Below, piece by piece: positions 17,455 to 28,067 of a DNA stretch of 64,000 nucleotides. The notes under the pieces were generated by a model. That model was not told where the DNA came from. It saw nothing but the letters and a program-made list of their open reading frames with translations, and searched no databases. A program made the translations under genes and the position numbers. The stretch's first letter is position 1; each line of letters begins with the position of its first letter. Source of the DNA: an uncultured Lachnospiraceae bacterium (GTDB lineage: Bacteria > Bacillota > Clostridia > Lachnospirales > Lachnospiraceae); assembly GCA_905197485.1 (NCBI GenBank), contig CAJJYZ010000001.1:27115-91114 (forward strand), in the 5' to 3' direction.

Positions 17455-18225
17455 TTACGCTGTCTGTACCGCTATTTGCCGTTCTGCCGCAAACAGGCTG
17501 TAGATATTGTTTTTCTTGATTTCAAGCTGGTTCAGAATAAATTTCTTCACAAAATTATCTCTTGGTGTCTCGATAATTTCTTCCGGTCTTCCATACTGTG
17601 CAATCTTTCCCTCGTTCACAATCATTACCCGGTCGGAAAGTGTCAGCGCTTCTTCCGGGTCGTGTGTTACGATAATTGTCGTCAGGTTAAATTCCTTCGC
17701 AATCGTCTTGATTCTGTCCTTGATAGACTCCTTAATCACTCCATCCAATGCGCTTAACGGTTCATCCAAAAGCAAGATTTTCGGCTTCATCACCATCGTT
17801 CTCGCGAGCGCTACTCGTTGTTTTTGTCCTCCGGACAACTGGTCGATTCTTTTCTGAAGGTGTTCTTCCAGTCCAAGAAGATGAATCATATCTTCCACCT
17901 CATTTTTTGTGGAGATACCCGGCTTATTCCGAAGCCCGTATGTAATATTCTGGTATACGTTCAGATTCGGGAACAATGCATAATCCTGAAATACGATGTT
18001 GAATCCTCTTTTTTCCATCGGCACATTCGTCAAATCCGTTCCGTTAAAAATAATCTTACCGCTATCCACATCTGTAATTCCAAGAATCAGATTCAATAAT
18101 GTCGTCTTGCCGCATCCTGACGGTCCCAAGATGGATACAATCTCTCCGTCTTCGATTTCCAGATTAATATCTTTCAAAATTGTCACGTTATCATACGATT
18201 TTTTGACATTTTTCAATTCTAACAT
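17455..18225 (-). CDS. ABC transporter ATP-binding protein of the (former) phosphonate/iron-type uptake system. It is short and has no C-terminal TOBE domain.
   Basis: Start at ATG 18225 (RBS GGAAGGA): MLELKNVKKSY...GPSGCGKTT...LSGGQKQRVALARTM...LLLDEPLSALD. Confidence 0.8.
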   Translation of the reverse strand: MLELKNVKKSYDNVTILKDINLEIEDGEIVSILGPSGCGKTTLLNLILGITDVDSGKIIFNGTDLTNVPMEKRGFNIVFQDYALFPNLNVYQNITYGLRNKPGISTKNEVEDMIHLLGLEEHLQKRIDQLSGGQKQRVALARTMVMKPKILLLDEPLSALDGVIKESIKDRIKTIAKEFNLTTIIVTHDPEEALTLSDRVMIVNEGKIAQYGRPEEIIETPRDNFVKKFILNQLEIKKNNIYSLFAAERQIAVQTA

Positions 18226-18437
18226 AGTCGTTTTCCTTCCTATCTTCATTCACATTTCACTTTGTTTCTCAAACAACCTATTATAACAATCGCTGTTTCC
18301 GCTAACTATCGCGTAAGTGTCAAAGTTCTGTTAAAACTTTGTAAATCAAAGAATAGAAATGTAAAATTTTTTCTTATTTCCTGTAACATTCCTGCTATAA
18401 TGTCTATTTATATGTAAAGAGAACAAGGAGAACATTT

Positions 18438-18953
18438 ATGAGAAAACATGACGATAAAATATACATGGAATATTCGATTTTAGTAAAACACTTTTTGTTT
18501 TCTCTGACAAACGACTATGAGTTATCAGAAGACCTCACACAAGAAACGTTCTATCAGGCATACAAATCGATTCACCGATACAATGGCGATTGTAAGTTTT
18601 CTGTCTGGCTATGTCAGATTGCAAAACACCTGTATTTTGACTATCTAAAAAAGAAAACAAAAGTAAAATCTATCCAGCTTGAAGATTTGGAATATATTTT
18701 ACCGGAGACCACATCGGAATATAATCCCGAAGCTATTTGCCTTACAAATGAAAAAATAGCCGGGATTGCAAACATCATTCGAACCGTCAAACCGCCCTAT
18801 GGACAGATATTTTTATTACGGCATATGAATGAAATGAGTTATAAAGAAATCGGGGAGATATTTGAAAAAAGTGAAAACTGGGCTCGTGTCACTTATTATC
18901 GGGCAAAAAATATGATAAAAGAAAGGATGATAGAAGATGAACTTCACTTGTGA
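18438..18953 (+). CDS. ECF-type RNA polymerase sigma-70 factor
   Basis: 171 aa after AGGAGA; region 2 and region 4 (LLRHMNEMSYKEIGEIF) motifs. Confidence 0.8.
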   Translation: MRKHDDKIYMEYSILVKHFLFSLTNDYELSEDLTQETFYQAYKSIHRYNGDCKFSVWLCQIAKHLYFDYLKKKTKVKSIQLEDLEYILPETTSEYNPEAICLTNEKIAGIANIIRTVKPPYGQIFLLRHMNEMSYKEIGEIFEKSENWARVTYYRAKNMIKERMIEDELHL

Positions 18954-19548
18954 TATTATACAGGATTTAATGCCTTCCTATATCGATGGCATTTGTTCTG
19001 AAAGCAGCAAAAACTTAATTGAAAAACATATAAAAGAATGTGAGGTGTGCGCTATGAAACTGAAAGCATTATCTGAACCTGTTGAAGAGAAAACTTATGA
19101 TGCAGCCCTAATTTCCTCAAATCCTTTGAGGAAAATTAAAAAGAAACATAGAACTACCATAATTTTATGTATTCTCTCTACTGCACTTATCATAATCATC
19201 AGTACGTTTGCCATCCAAAACATAGGCGTACTGCACGATTTTTTCTTTCCTAAAAAAATGGTTACCATACAGGAAAGCGCCGACCTTTCTTCCTGGACTC
19301 CGCTCTCCATAGATGGCTCCAAATATTTGAATATGGATTCTTTATTCTATAACAAGGAAGTTGTCAATCACGCAAATAGCGGAAGTTCTGTTCGTATGAG
19401 AATTTATGATGAAAGTGGAGAAACATTAATAAAAGAATTGATAATTACACCAGGTAAATCCGCAAGCCTTGACTTTTTAAACCGGAATCAAAATTATCTA
19501 ATTCAAATTCAAAATGTACCGGAAATCAGTTTCCTTGTGTTTCATTAA
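18937..19548 (+). CDS. anti-sigma factor with N-terminal zf-HC2 (HxxxCxxC), one TM segment and an extracytoplasmic domain
   Basis: Overlaps the sigma gene by 17 nt; EKHIKECEVCAMKL; TM TTIILCILSTALIIIISTFAI. Confidence 0.7.
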   Translation: MNFTCDIIQDLMPSYIDGICSESSKNLIEKHIKECEVCAMKLKALSEPVEEKTYDAALISSNPLRKIKKKHRTTIILCILSTALIIIISTFAIQNIGVLHDFFFPKKMVTIQESADLSSWTPLSIDGSKYLNMDSLFYNKEVVNHANSGSSVRMRIYDESGETLIKELIITPGKSASLDFLNRNQNYLIQIQNVPEISFLVFH

Positions 19549-19590
19549 AATAGAGGGTTGCCATCCGCACCCCTCCCTTCCAGATTCTCA

Positions 19591-20718
19591 CTATTTTAAT
19601 TTTCCCGCAAAATCTGCCATCGCCTCAGATATCTTAATCCCCTGAGGACAAACCTTCTCACAGCTTCTGCATCCGATACACTCGGACGGCCATTTTTCTT
19701 TTTCTACGTTCTTTAATGATGCCTCCGGAATCTCGTCCAATCCGGCAAAGTTCTGGTTGTTGTAAATACTAAGAAGCCTTGGAATATCCAATTCCTTCGG
19801 ACACTTTGACGTACAGTATCTACATGCCGTACAAGGAAGCATTCTTCCCATCATGCCTTCTGCGATTCTCAGGAGAACTTTCATCTCTTCCTCATTTAAC
19901 GGCTTATCCTCCTCAAATGTGGCAATGTTTTCTTTCAACTGTGTGAAATTCGACATACCGGATAGAATCATCTTCACATTCGGAATCGTCTGCAGGAATC
20001 GAAATGCCCACGCCGGAATATCTTCATCCTGACGAAGCTCGGAAAGTTCTTTTTCTGCCTCTACTGATAACGCTACAAGTTTCCCTCCGCGCAAAGGTTC
20101 CATAACCCATACCGGAATATCATACTCTTTCAGAAGTTCCACTTTATCCTTTGCATTCTGGTATGTCCAATCCAGATAGTTAATCTGAAGCTGGCAAAAC
20201 TCAATATGTTCTCCATATGCTTCCAGGAATCGTCTCATCACATCACAATCTGCATGTGCAGAAAATCCAAGATGACGGATTCTTCCATTCTCCTTCTGCT
20301 TCAACAAATATTCTAAAAGACCGTATTCTCTGTTCAGATACCATTCAATATTCTCTTCCGTCACCGTATGGAATAAATAAAAATCAAAATAATCTGCTTC
20401 ACATTTTTCCAGCTGCTTTTCGAAGATTTCTTCAATTTTCAAGAAATTCTCCTTGTCATATCCCGGGAATTTGCTTGCCAGATAGAAGTTCTCTCTCGGA
20501 TGTGCCGAAAGCACCTTTCCCATTACGGTCTCCGAATTTCCTTCATGATATCCCCACGCCGTATCATAGTAGTTGATGCCATGCTCCATGGCATAATCTA
20601 CCATCTCCGCAGTCGCTTTCTCATCAATCTTCGCATTGTCTCCATCAATCAATGGAAGGCGCATTGTCCCAAGTCCAAGCATTGATAATTGCATTCCCTG
20701 AAATTCTCTGTAAATCAT
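19591..20718 (-). CDS. aldo/keto reductase fused to a C-terminal 2x[4Fe-4S] ferredoxin domain
   Basis: 375 aa; AKR N-terminus GLGTMRLP...YYDTAWGY; C-terminal CTACRYCTSKCP and CIGCRSCEKVCP. Confidence 0.8.
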   Translation of the reverse strand: MIYREFQGMQLSMLGLGTMRLPLIDGDNAKIDEKATAEMVDYAMEHGINYYDTAWGYHEGNSETVMGKVLSAHPRENFYLASKFPGYDKENFLKIEEIFEKQLEKCEADYFDFYLFHTVTEENIEWYLNREYGLLEYLLKQKENGRIRHLGFSAHADCDVMRRFLEAYGEHIEFCQLQINYLDWTYQNAKDKVELLKEYDIPVWVMEPLRGGKLVALSVEAEKELSELRQDEDIPAWAFRFLQTIPNVKMILSGMSNFTQLKENIATFEEDKPLNEEEMKVLLRIAEGMMGRMLPCTACRYCTSKCPKELDIPRLLSIYNNQNFAGLDEIPEASLKNVEKEKWPSECIGCRSCEKVCPQGIKISEAMADFAGKLK

Positions 20719-20911
20719 ATGTATCCCTCCGTAACTTTACTTTTGTAATAATTTTATCACACTTCTCATGAAATTGACACAACAATTCTTATTATCCTTT
20801 TCGGTTATTTTATATTTTATGGTAATCTTTTTCTTGATTTTCACAGCAAAGAAACGTATGATAAATTTAACTTCTTAATTTCTGAACGCTTATGGAAAGG
20901 AAAGATTGGAT

Positions 20912-21685
20912 ATGTTGCACGAAGAATTAAAAAAACGAAAACAGGAACTCGGACTCACAAACGAACAATTATCCCACTTATCGGGCGTTCCTCTTGGAAC
21001 TCTCAACAAGATTATGAACGGCGATACCAAATCTCCACGCTATCATACATTGGCTGCAATTAACAAAGTCCTTTTCCCTGCAGATACTTCCGCAGATACA
21101 GTCTGTGAAGCAACCCTAAACTATCATGCGAGCTCTCAACACGATTATACTTTAGCCGACTACTATTCGCTCCCTGACGATGTGAGGGCTGAATTAATCG
21201 ACGGACATTTGATTTACATGGAAGCTCCCTCTCTGTCTCACCAAGAGATTAGCCTTCTCCTGGCATCGGCTCTTCACCATTTTATTCGGAAGAATCATGG
21301 AGGCTGTAAAGTATTTACGGCTCCTCTCGACGTCCAGTTAGATTGTGATGAAAAGACAGTTGTTCAACCGGATATTCTTGTCTCCTGCAAAAAGGACACA
21401 CGCACAAAAAGAGGTATCTACGGCGCCCCGGATATGTGTATCGAAATCGTTTCTCCCTCCTCCCGGAAGCTGGATTACGGTACAAAGATGGCAAAATACT
21501 TAAATGCCGGCGTCCGCGAGTACTGGATAGTTGATTTGGAACAGGAAAGGGTTGTCTGCTACTTCTTTGAAGAAGAATTCTATCCCGTACTCTTCACATT
21601 TCATGACAAAGTTCCGGTTCGCATCTTTGAAGGAAAATTAGAGATGGATTTTGAAGATATCAAGAAACAGATGGATGAAGTATAA
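20912..21685 (+). CDS. fusion protein: N-terminal XRE-family HTH plus C-terminal Uma2-family (PD-(D/E)xK, DUF820) putative endonuclease
   Basis: HTH: LTNEQLSHLSGVPLGTLNKIMNG. Uma2 core: LIDGHLIYMEAPS...QPDILVSC...PDMCIEIVSPSSRKLDYGTKMAKYLNAGVREYWIVD. Confidence 0.7.
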   Translation: MLHEELKKRKQELGLTNEQLSHLSGVPLGTLNKIMNGDTKSPRYHTLAAINKVLFPADTSADTVCEATLNYHASSQHDYTLADYYSLPDDVRAELIDGHLIYMEAPSLSHQEISLLLASALHHFIRKNHGGCKVFTAPLDVQLDCDEKTVVQPDILVSCKKDTRTKRGIYGAPDMCIEIVSPSSRKLDYGTKMAKYLNAGVREYWIVDLEQERVVCYFFEEEFYPVLFTFHDKVPVRIFEGKLEMDFEDIKKQMDEV

Positions 21686-21695
21686 ATTACGTAAA

Positions 21696-21727
21696 GCGAG
21701 CAGGCTGAATCACCTGCTCGTTTTTTC
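21696..21727 (+). terminator. rho-independent terminator after the HTH-Uma2 gene
   Basis: GCGAGCAGG-CTGAATCA-CCTGCTCG followed by TTTTTT. Confidence 0.8.
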
Positions 21728-21747
21728 TCTTCCAAAATCATCTTATT

Positions 21748-22716
21748 TTACACCATATGGCAGGCTACCTTATGCCCGCTCTTTACTTCCCGAAATACCG
21801 GCGCTTCCTTCCGACACTGTTCCGTTGCATGCGGGCAACGACTGGCAAACGCGCAACCACAGAAATTCTCCGTTTTCACCGGTTGTTCCCCTTTTAACCC
21901 AGAAAAATCTTTTCGCTTTCGATATGGGTCCGGAGCCGATGCAAAGAGCGCTTTCGTATATGGATGCAATGGATGTGCAAACAATTCTTCCGTATCCGTC
22001 TCCTCCACGAGAGAACCAAGATACATGACGCCTACCCGGTCTGAAATGAAACGAATCACACCAATATCATGCGAAATAAAAAGAAGACTTACTTTTAATT
22101 CTTTTTGCAGTTTCATCATCATATTTAAAATCTGTGCCTGAATAGACACATCAAGAGCCGATACCGGTTCATCACATACAATGAGCTTCGGTTCAATAAT
22201 CAACGCGCTCGCTATTCCCAGGCGTTGTACCTGACCACCGGATAGCTCGTGCGGAAACCGGAAATAATGTTCTTCGGACAATCCTACTGTCTTTAATGTT
22301 TGAACGACCTGTTCTTTTCGCTTTTTAGCATCTTTTACTCCATGTACCGAGAGAATTTCTTCCAATATCTCTCCGATTCGCTGTCGTGGATTTAGCGCAG
22401 ACAACGTATTTTGGAATACCATCTGCAAATCTTTACGAAACGGGCGGAATTCCTTGTCGCTTAACTGGCACAAATCTTTTCCTTGATAAAGAATACTTCC
22501 GCTATCCGCCTGATTCAGTCCGACAATCGTCCTTCCTGTCGTAGATTTCCCACATCCGGATTCCCCTACAATGCCATAAGTCTCTCCTTCATTTATGTAA
22601 AAGGAAACATTGTCTACCGCGTACATCCGCTCTTTCGGCCCGAATAACTTTCCTCCTTTTCCATGCACAGGATAGGTTTTCTTTAGGTTCTTGATTTCCA
22701 GTAAATGTTCACTCAT
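21748..22716 (-). CDS. oligopeptide/dipeptide ABC transporter ATP-binding protein (OppF-type)
   Basis: Start at MSEHLLEIKNL (RBS AGGAAGGAG); Walker A GESGCGKST, C-terminal oligopeptide ABC extension. Confidence 0.85.
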   Translation of the reverse strand: MSEHLLEIKNLKKTYPVHGKGGKLFGPKERMYAVDNVSFYINEGETYGIVGESGCGKSTTGRTIVGLNQADSGSILYQGKDLCQLSDKEFRPFRKDLQMVFQNTLSALNPRQRIGEILEEILSVHGVKDAKKRKEQVVQTLKTVGLSEEHYFRFPHELSGGQVQRLGIASALIIEPKLIVCDEPVSALDVSIQAQILNMMMKLQKELKVSLLFISHDIGVIRFISDRVGVMYLGSLVEETDTEELFAHPLHPYTKALFASAPDPYRKRKDFSGLKGEQPVKTENFCGCAFASRCPHATEQCRKEAPVFREVKSGHKVACHMV

Positions 22717-22718
22717 AC

Positions 22719-23708
22719 TTACGACACTCCTTCCTGTTGTGCATAGTTCCAGCATTTGACAGAATGTCCATTCCCAACATCGACAAATGGAGGCTGTTTT
22801 GTTCTGCATCTTTCATCCGCATACCGACATCGCGTGCAAAAATGACACCCCTCCGGTATGTTCGAAAGAGACGGCACAATTCCTTCAATTGTAGGAAGTT
22901 CCTCTCCGCGCTTTACACCAAGATGCGGAATACAGGCAAGCAATCCCTGGGTATATGGATGGAGAGGTCTGTCAAACAATTCTTCTGTCGACGCATCCTC
23001 CACCACCTGCCCCAGATACATTACTTTTATACTATGGCAAAGTTGTGCTACCGCTCCCATATCATGCGTGATAAACAAGACGGACATCCCCAGTTTCTCA
23101 TTCAGCTCCTGCATCAAATGTAAAATCTGTTCCTGAATCGTCACATCCAACGCTGTCGTCGGCTCGTCCGCAATCAGAAGCTTCGGCTCGCACGCTAATG
23201 CCATCGCAATCATGACTCTCTGCTGCATTCCGCCGGATAATTCAAACGGATATTTCTTCATACATGTTTCCGGACTCGGAATCCCGGTTAATTTCAGCAT
23301 CTCCACCGAACGTTCCTTCGCTTCCTGCTTCGTCATCGTTTTGTGAAGGAGCAGGATTTCACTCAACTGCTTCCCAACCGTATGAACCGGACTCAAGGAG
23401 TTTAACGGGTCTTGGAAAATAATGGAGATGCTGTTGCCACGTATTTCCCGCATCCCATCCAAAGATTTTTTCAGTAAATCTTCGCCTTCGAATAAGATTT
23501 CACCTTCATATTTTACTGCGGTATCATGGTCTCTCAATCTCAAAATAGATTGAGACATCACACTCTTTCCCGAACCGGATTCCCCTACGACTCCTGTAAT
23601 CTCGCCTTGACGAATCTGTAGCGACACGCCGTCTACCGCCGGAAGCCATTTTTTATGAACCGGAAACAACACACGCAAATCTTTTATGTCAAGCATTGGT
23701 TTTTCCAT
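22719..23708 (-). CDS. oligopeptide/dipeptide ABC transporter ATP-binding protein (OppD-type)
   Basis: MEKPMLDIKDLRVLF..GESGSGKSV; overlaps the oppF-type start. Confidence 0.85.
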   Translation of the reverse strand: MEKPMLDIKDLRVLFPVHKKWLPAVDGVSLQIRQGEITGVVGESGSGKSVMSQSILRLRDHDTAVKYEGEILFEGEDLLKKSLDGMREIRGNSISIIFQDPLNSLSPVHTVGKQLSEILLLHKTMTKQEAKERSVEMLKLTGIPSPETCMKKYPFELSGGMQQRVMIAMALACEPKLLIADEPTTALDVTIQEQILHLMQELNEKLGMSVLFITHDMGAVAQLCHSIKVMYLGQVVEDASTEELFDRPLHPYTQGLLACIPHLGVKRGEELPTIEGIVPSLSNIPEGCHFCTRCRYADERCRTKQPPFVDVGNGHSVKCWNYAQQEGVS

Positions 23709-24607
23709 TATTTTTTCACGCCTCCCTTCACTCTCGGGTCTAAGAAATCCCTGAGTCCGTCTCCCAGCAGATTCAGACTTAATACACACAAAATCACTGC
23801 CGCACCCGGACAAATCATCGTCCATGGCGCCTTGGAAAATACAAGTTTACTAGCCTGCAGCATATTTCCCCAGCTTGCCGCAGGAGCCGGAACCCCTGCT
23901 CCCAGAAAACTTAGAGATGCCTCTGAAATAATCGCCTGTGCGAAAATAAAAGACGCCTGTACCGTAAGCGGAGAAATCACCCCCGGCAAAATCATTTTCC
24001 ACAGAATGCGGAAATGACTGAACCCTTGCACTCTCGCAGCTTCCACATAGGTCTGTTCTTTAATAACCATGGCGCTTGCCCTGACCGTTCTCGCCACACT
24101 CGGCGTATACACGATTGTCAGCGCAATGACTACGTTCCAGCTTGATGCACCGAGAGATGCAATCAAGGCTATCGCCAATAAGATACCCGGAATGGCAATC
24201 AGACCATCACATATTCTCATAAGAATCTGGTCCAGGATTCTAAAATAACTGGCATAAAGTCCGATGATAATTCCAAACACACAGGAGAATAGCGCAACGC
24301 ATCCCCCTACCCACAAGGACACTCTTGCTCCATACATCAATCGAATAAAAAGGTCTCTGCCGAATTCATCCGTTCCGAGCAAAAATTCTCCTCCAGGCTC
24401 TTTCAATCGATTTGCCACTTCCATGGCATTCGGGTCTACGCGGCTTACAATCGGCACTAAAATCGCCGCAAGTAAAATCATTGAAAATCCAACCGCTCCA
24501 ATTAACAGCGCCGGGCTTGCCAGAAGTCTTTCCCTGCGAAGCTGGCGTTGTTCTTTAAAAATCCCCATGCTTGCTTCCGTCATATTTTTTCTATTTAACC
24601 ACATCAC
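23708..24607 (-). CDS. oligopeptide ABC transporter permease (OppC-type)
   Basis: 299 aa, 6 TM, EAA-like loop. Confidence 0.85.
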   Translation of the reverse strand: MMWLNRKNMTEASMGIFKEQRQLRRERLLASPALLIGAVGFSMILLAAILVPIVSRVDPNAMEVANRLKEPGGEFLLGTDEFGRDLFIRLMYGARVSLWVGGCVALFSCVFGIIIGLYASYFRILDQILMRICDGLIAIPGILLAIALIASLGASSWNVVIALTIVYTPSVARTVRASAMVIKEQTYVEAARVQGFSHFRILWKMILPGVISPLTVQASFIFAQAIISEASLSFLGAGVPAPAASWGNMLQASKLVFSKAPWTMICPGAAVILCVLSLNLLGDGLRDFLDPRVKGGVKK

Positions 24608-24614
24608 TTACCTC

Positions 24615-25565
24615 CTACTTCCGTCCCGGATGAAGTCGCGGGTCGACCACACCATATAGGATATCTACGATAAGATTCACAAACACATACAGGAATGTCA
24701 CGAACAGAACGACACCCTGAATCAAAAAGACGTCTCTTCGATTAATCGCACCAATCGTCAGCATCCCGATTCCGGGAATATTAAATAAAGTTTCCGTCAC
24801 AATCGTTCCCGTAATCAAGCTTCCAAAAGACTGTCCAATCGCGGTCAGAATCACCGGAGCTCCATTCTTTAGTCCGTATGTGAGAATCACTTTTTGCTCT
24901 TTCAATCCCTTTGCTCTTGCCGTATGAATATAATTTTTATGCAGGACGTCCAGAAGTGCAGAACGGGTCATTCGCGTCAGATATGCCGCCTGTACGATGC
25001 CAAGGGACAATGCCGGAAGAAACAGATATTTCAAATGCTCTCCTAACCCCTGACTCAGTGTTGCATATCCTGCCACCGGAAAAATGTGATGATACACACT
25101 CAGTCCCAGCATCAGAAACATACTGAGCAGAAAACCGGGAAGAGCCGCCCCGAAAAGGGATGTTGTCACTGCCGCCACATCAATCGCAGTTCCTCGTTTA
25201 TAAGCCGCTATCAATCCAAGTGGAATTGAAAGCACTAACGCAATCATCTGAGAAAAAATTGCGAGACTTAATGTCGGTGGGAAATATTCTGCAATCGCTT
25301 CCGTAACCGGCTGGCGCAAGAAGTAGGAACTTCCCCAATCCCCACTCAATACTCCGCCAAACCAGTCCAAATATTGTGTAAGAAACGGACGGTCAAACCC
25401 TAATTCCGCATTCAACTGTGCGATTTGCTCCGACGTCGCTTCCATCCCGAGAAGCGCGGTAGCCGGACCTCCCGGAATCATATAGACTATAAGAAACGCA
25501 ACGCAGGATACAACGAACATCACCGGAATTAAGGATAAGATTCGCTTTCCAATATAAGATAACAT
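24615..25565 (-). CDS. oligopeptide ABC transporter permease (OppB-type)
   Basis: 316 aa; MLSYIGKRILSLIPVMFVVS... Confidence 0.85.
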   Translation of the reverse strand: MLSYIGKRILSLIPVMFVVSCVAFLIVYMIPGGPATALLGMEATSEQIAQLNAELGFDRPFLTQYLDWFGGVLSGDWGSSYFLRQPVTEAIAEYFPPTLSLAIFSQMIALVLSIPLGLIAAYKRGTAIDVAAVTTSLFGAALPGFLLSMFLMLGLSVYHHIFPVAGYATLSQGLGEHLKYLFLPALSLGIVQAAYLTRMTRSALLDVLHKNYIHTARAKGLKEQKVILTYGLKNGAPVILTAIGQSFGSLITGTIVTETLFNIPGIGMLTIGAINRRDVFLIQGVVLFVTFLYVFVNLIVDILYGVVDPRLHPGRK

Positions 25566-25625
25566 AAAACTCCTTTCTCATAAAAACGGCGGAATGCTTA
25601 CTGCAGACCGCCGCTATCCTGATAC

Positions 25626-27198
25626 TTATTTTGTCACACTTGCACTCCAGTAGATTGGGAAACGGAGATATCCTGCTCCCTCTACATTTGCTCTCATTGC
25701 GCTGATACCTGTATAATGTCCGAGAACTGTCGCCGCTCCATCTTCATAGAGGAATGTCTGAAGTTCCGCCCACGCTTTTGATGCCTCTTCTTCTGTCGCA
25801 GCAGAGCGAATTGCCTGAATTCCATCTGTCACTTCCTGACGGTCCAGTCCTGCCCATCCTTTATCTAACACAGATAACTGAATCGGAAGCATGTTGTAGC
25901 TGTTGCTTGTGATAAACATGCTGAACTGTTTTGGATTTGCACGATGTTCCATAAATGTACTGAAATCATAACTTTCTACTTCTGCATTAAATCCTGCTTT
26001 CTTTAACTGCTCCTGCACAACCAATGTTGCATTGTACATCTCCGCGTAATCCGGTGTTGTGACAAGAACAATCTTCTCATTGTTATATCCGGCTTCTGCA
26101 AGTAATTTTTTTGCTTTCTCCGTATCTGCCTGATTATAGTACTCTTTTCCTGCATCTGTTCCCCATTGAGCATCTGTCGGAACAGACCAGCCTGCATTTA
26201 ATTCAAATAAGTCCGGATTTCCGTAGCTTGCAAGACAGATATCTTCACAGTTCAATGCTGCAAGAGCGGCCTGTCTTACCTTCTCATTTGCCATAACTCC
26301 TTCTGTCGTGTTAAGGAAGAGATTCAATGTTCCTCCTCGTTCTACAGACATTTTTAAGTTCGTATCTTTTACAAGCTCTTCATAATTATCTGCCGGAATC
26401 TCCTCTGCGATATCGTACTGTCCGCTCTGGATTCCCGCGATACGTGTTGCCGTATCTGTGACAACTTCAAAATAAATCGTATCTGTGACCGCCTTCTTTT
26501 CCCCTGCAAGTCCGCTTGCTTCACCTTCGGACGGCTGATACTCTTCGTATTTTTCTAATTTTACATACTGGTCTTGTTTCCACTCTGCCACTTTGTAAGG
26601 ACCTGTACCGATATACTCTGTGATTCCTTCCTCTGTCGCTGACTCTACCACCTCTGCCGGATAGATTGCCGCAAACTGAATCGGGCTCGCTAAAATCATG
26701 AGAATATCAGAAGAAGCCTGATTTACATTCAGCTTCACCGTATAGTCATCTGCCTTTTCAAATGTGGAACCGCCAATCAACGTATTTGCTTTCGCTGAGA
26801 TTTCCAGCCAACGGTTCATGGAAGCAACTACATCGTCCGCTGTCATTTCTTCTCCATTATGGAATTTCACACCCTCACGAAGCTTAATCGTATAAACCAT
26901 GCCATCTTCACTCACTTCGTAAGACTCTGCAAGAACCGGCGTCGGTTCATAGTTTGCATTCATGGCAAACAACGGCTCATATACATGAATCCCGATTCCA
27001 CCTACAATGTTAGAATTGACGGATGGTGGGTCCAAAGACGGCGGGTTTGCAGAAATTGCAATCCGAAGTTCGCTATCCTTTGTACTTTCCGCTTTTGCTG
27101 CATCTTTCTTGGAATCCTTCGAGCCGCCGCAGCCTGACAGTAAAAGTGCCGCGCACATCGTTACTGCCAAAACACGCGCTAATAACTTTCTTTTCATA
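25626..27198 (-). CDS. oligopeptide-binding lipoprotein (family 5 SBP, OppA-type)
   Basis: Start at MKRKLLARVLAVTMCAALLLSGCGG (RBS AGGAGG); lipobox LSGC. Confidence 0.85.
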
Positions 27199-27314
27199 TA
27201 TTTCCTCCTCTTGTGTTGTTTTGACTTTAACATTATATTGGAATATACTTTCCCCGTCCAATTGATTTATCCCATACAAAACGCTCACTTATTGAAAAAA
27301 TATATAACGAAAAT

Positions 27315-28067
27315 CTATCCTAGTTTTTTATTTCTGTATTCATTGGCTGACATGCCCGTATATTTCTTAAAGACTCTGGAAAAATGTGCGATATCAAAGA
27401 ACCCTACCATCTCCGCCACGTCTCCAACCCGCAGTGACAAATCTTTCAGTAATTCCTTCGCTTCCCGTATCCGCACTTCATTGAGAAGTTCGCTGAAGCT
27501 TTTCTTTGTATGTCCATTCAGAAGTTTGCTCAAATGCCATTGGCTGACATACATCTTCTCCGCCAGCTCCGCAAGCGTCAGTTTCTCCGCATAATGCGCA
27601 TCCAGATATTCCAACGCATGTTTCACAAGAAAACTTCCGGATTCTCCTTGCTTCTCCTCTTCCGCTTCGGGACTTTCCTCCTTCTCTTCTTTTCGTTTCA
27701 GCGTATCTACCATATACCGCACCGCTTCCTCTATCTCAGCAAGATTCGATGGTTTTAATAAGAATCTGCACACGCCCAGGTTGATTGCCGTCTGTGCAAA
27801 ATCAAAATCCCGATATCCCGTCAGAATGGTAATCATCATGTCCCTGTGTTCTTCACGCAATTCAGCAATCATTTGAAGCCCCTGTAAGCCGGGCATCGCG
27901 ATATCTGAAAACACAATATCCGGATTCATCTCTTCGATGAGTTCCATCCCTTCATTCCCGTCGTATGCCGTCCCTACAATTTCACATCCATACTGTTCCC
28001 ACTGAACGACTTTGGACAGCCCTTCTACAATAATCGGCTCATCATCAATAATTACTACTTTAAACAT
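27315..28067 (-). CDS. response regulator with receiver domain and AraC-type HTH (YesN-like)
   Basis: 250 aa; MFKVVIIDDEPII...D..; C-terminal AraC HTH. Confidence 0.8.
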   Translation of the reverse strand: MFKVVIIDDEPIIVEGLSKVVQWEQYGCEIVGTAYDGNEGMELIEEMNPDIVFSDIAMPGLQGLQMIAELREEHRDMMITILTGYRDFDFAQTAINLGVCRFLLKPSNLAEIEEAVRYMVDTLKRKEEKEESPEAEEEKQGESGSFLVKHALEYLDAHYAEKLTLAELAEKMYVSQWHLSKLLNGHTKKSFSELLNEVRIREAKELLKDLSLRVGDVAEMVGFFDIAHFSRVFKKYTGMSANEYRNKKLG

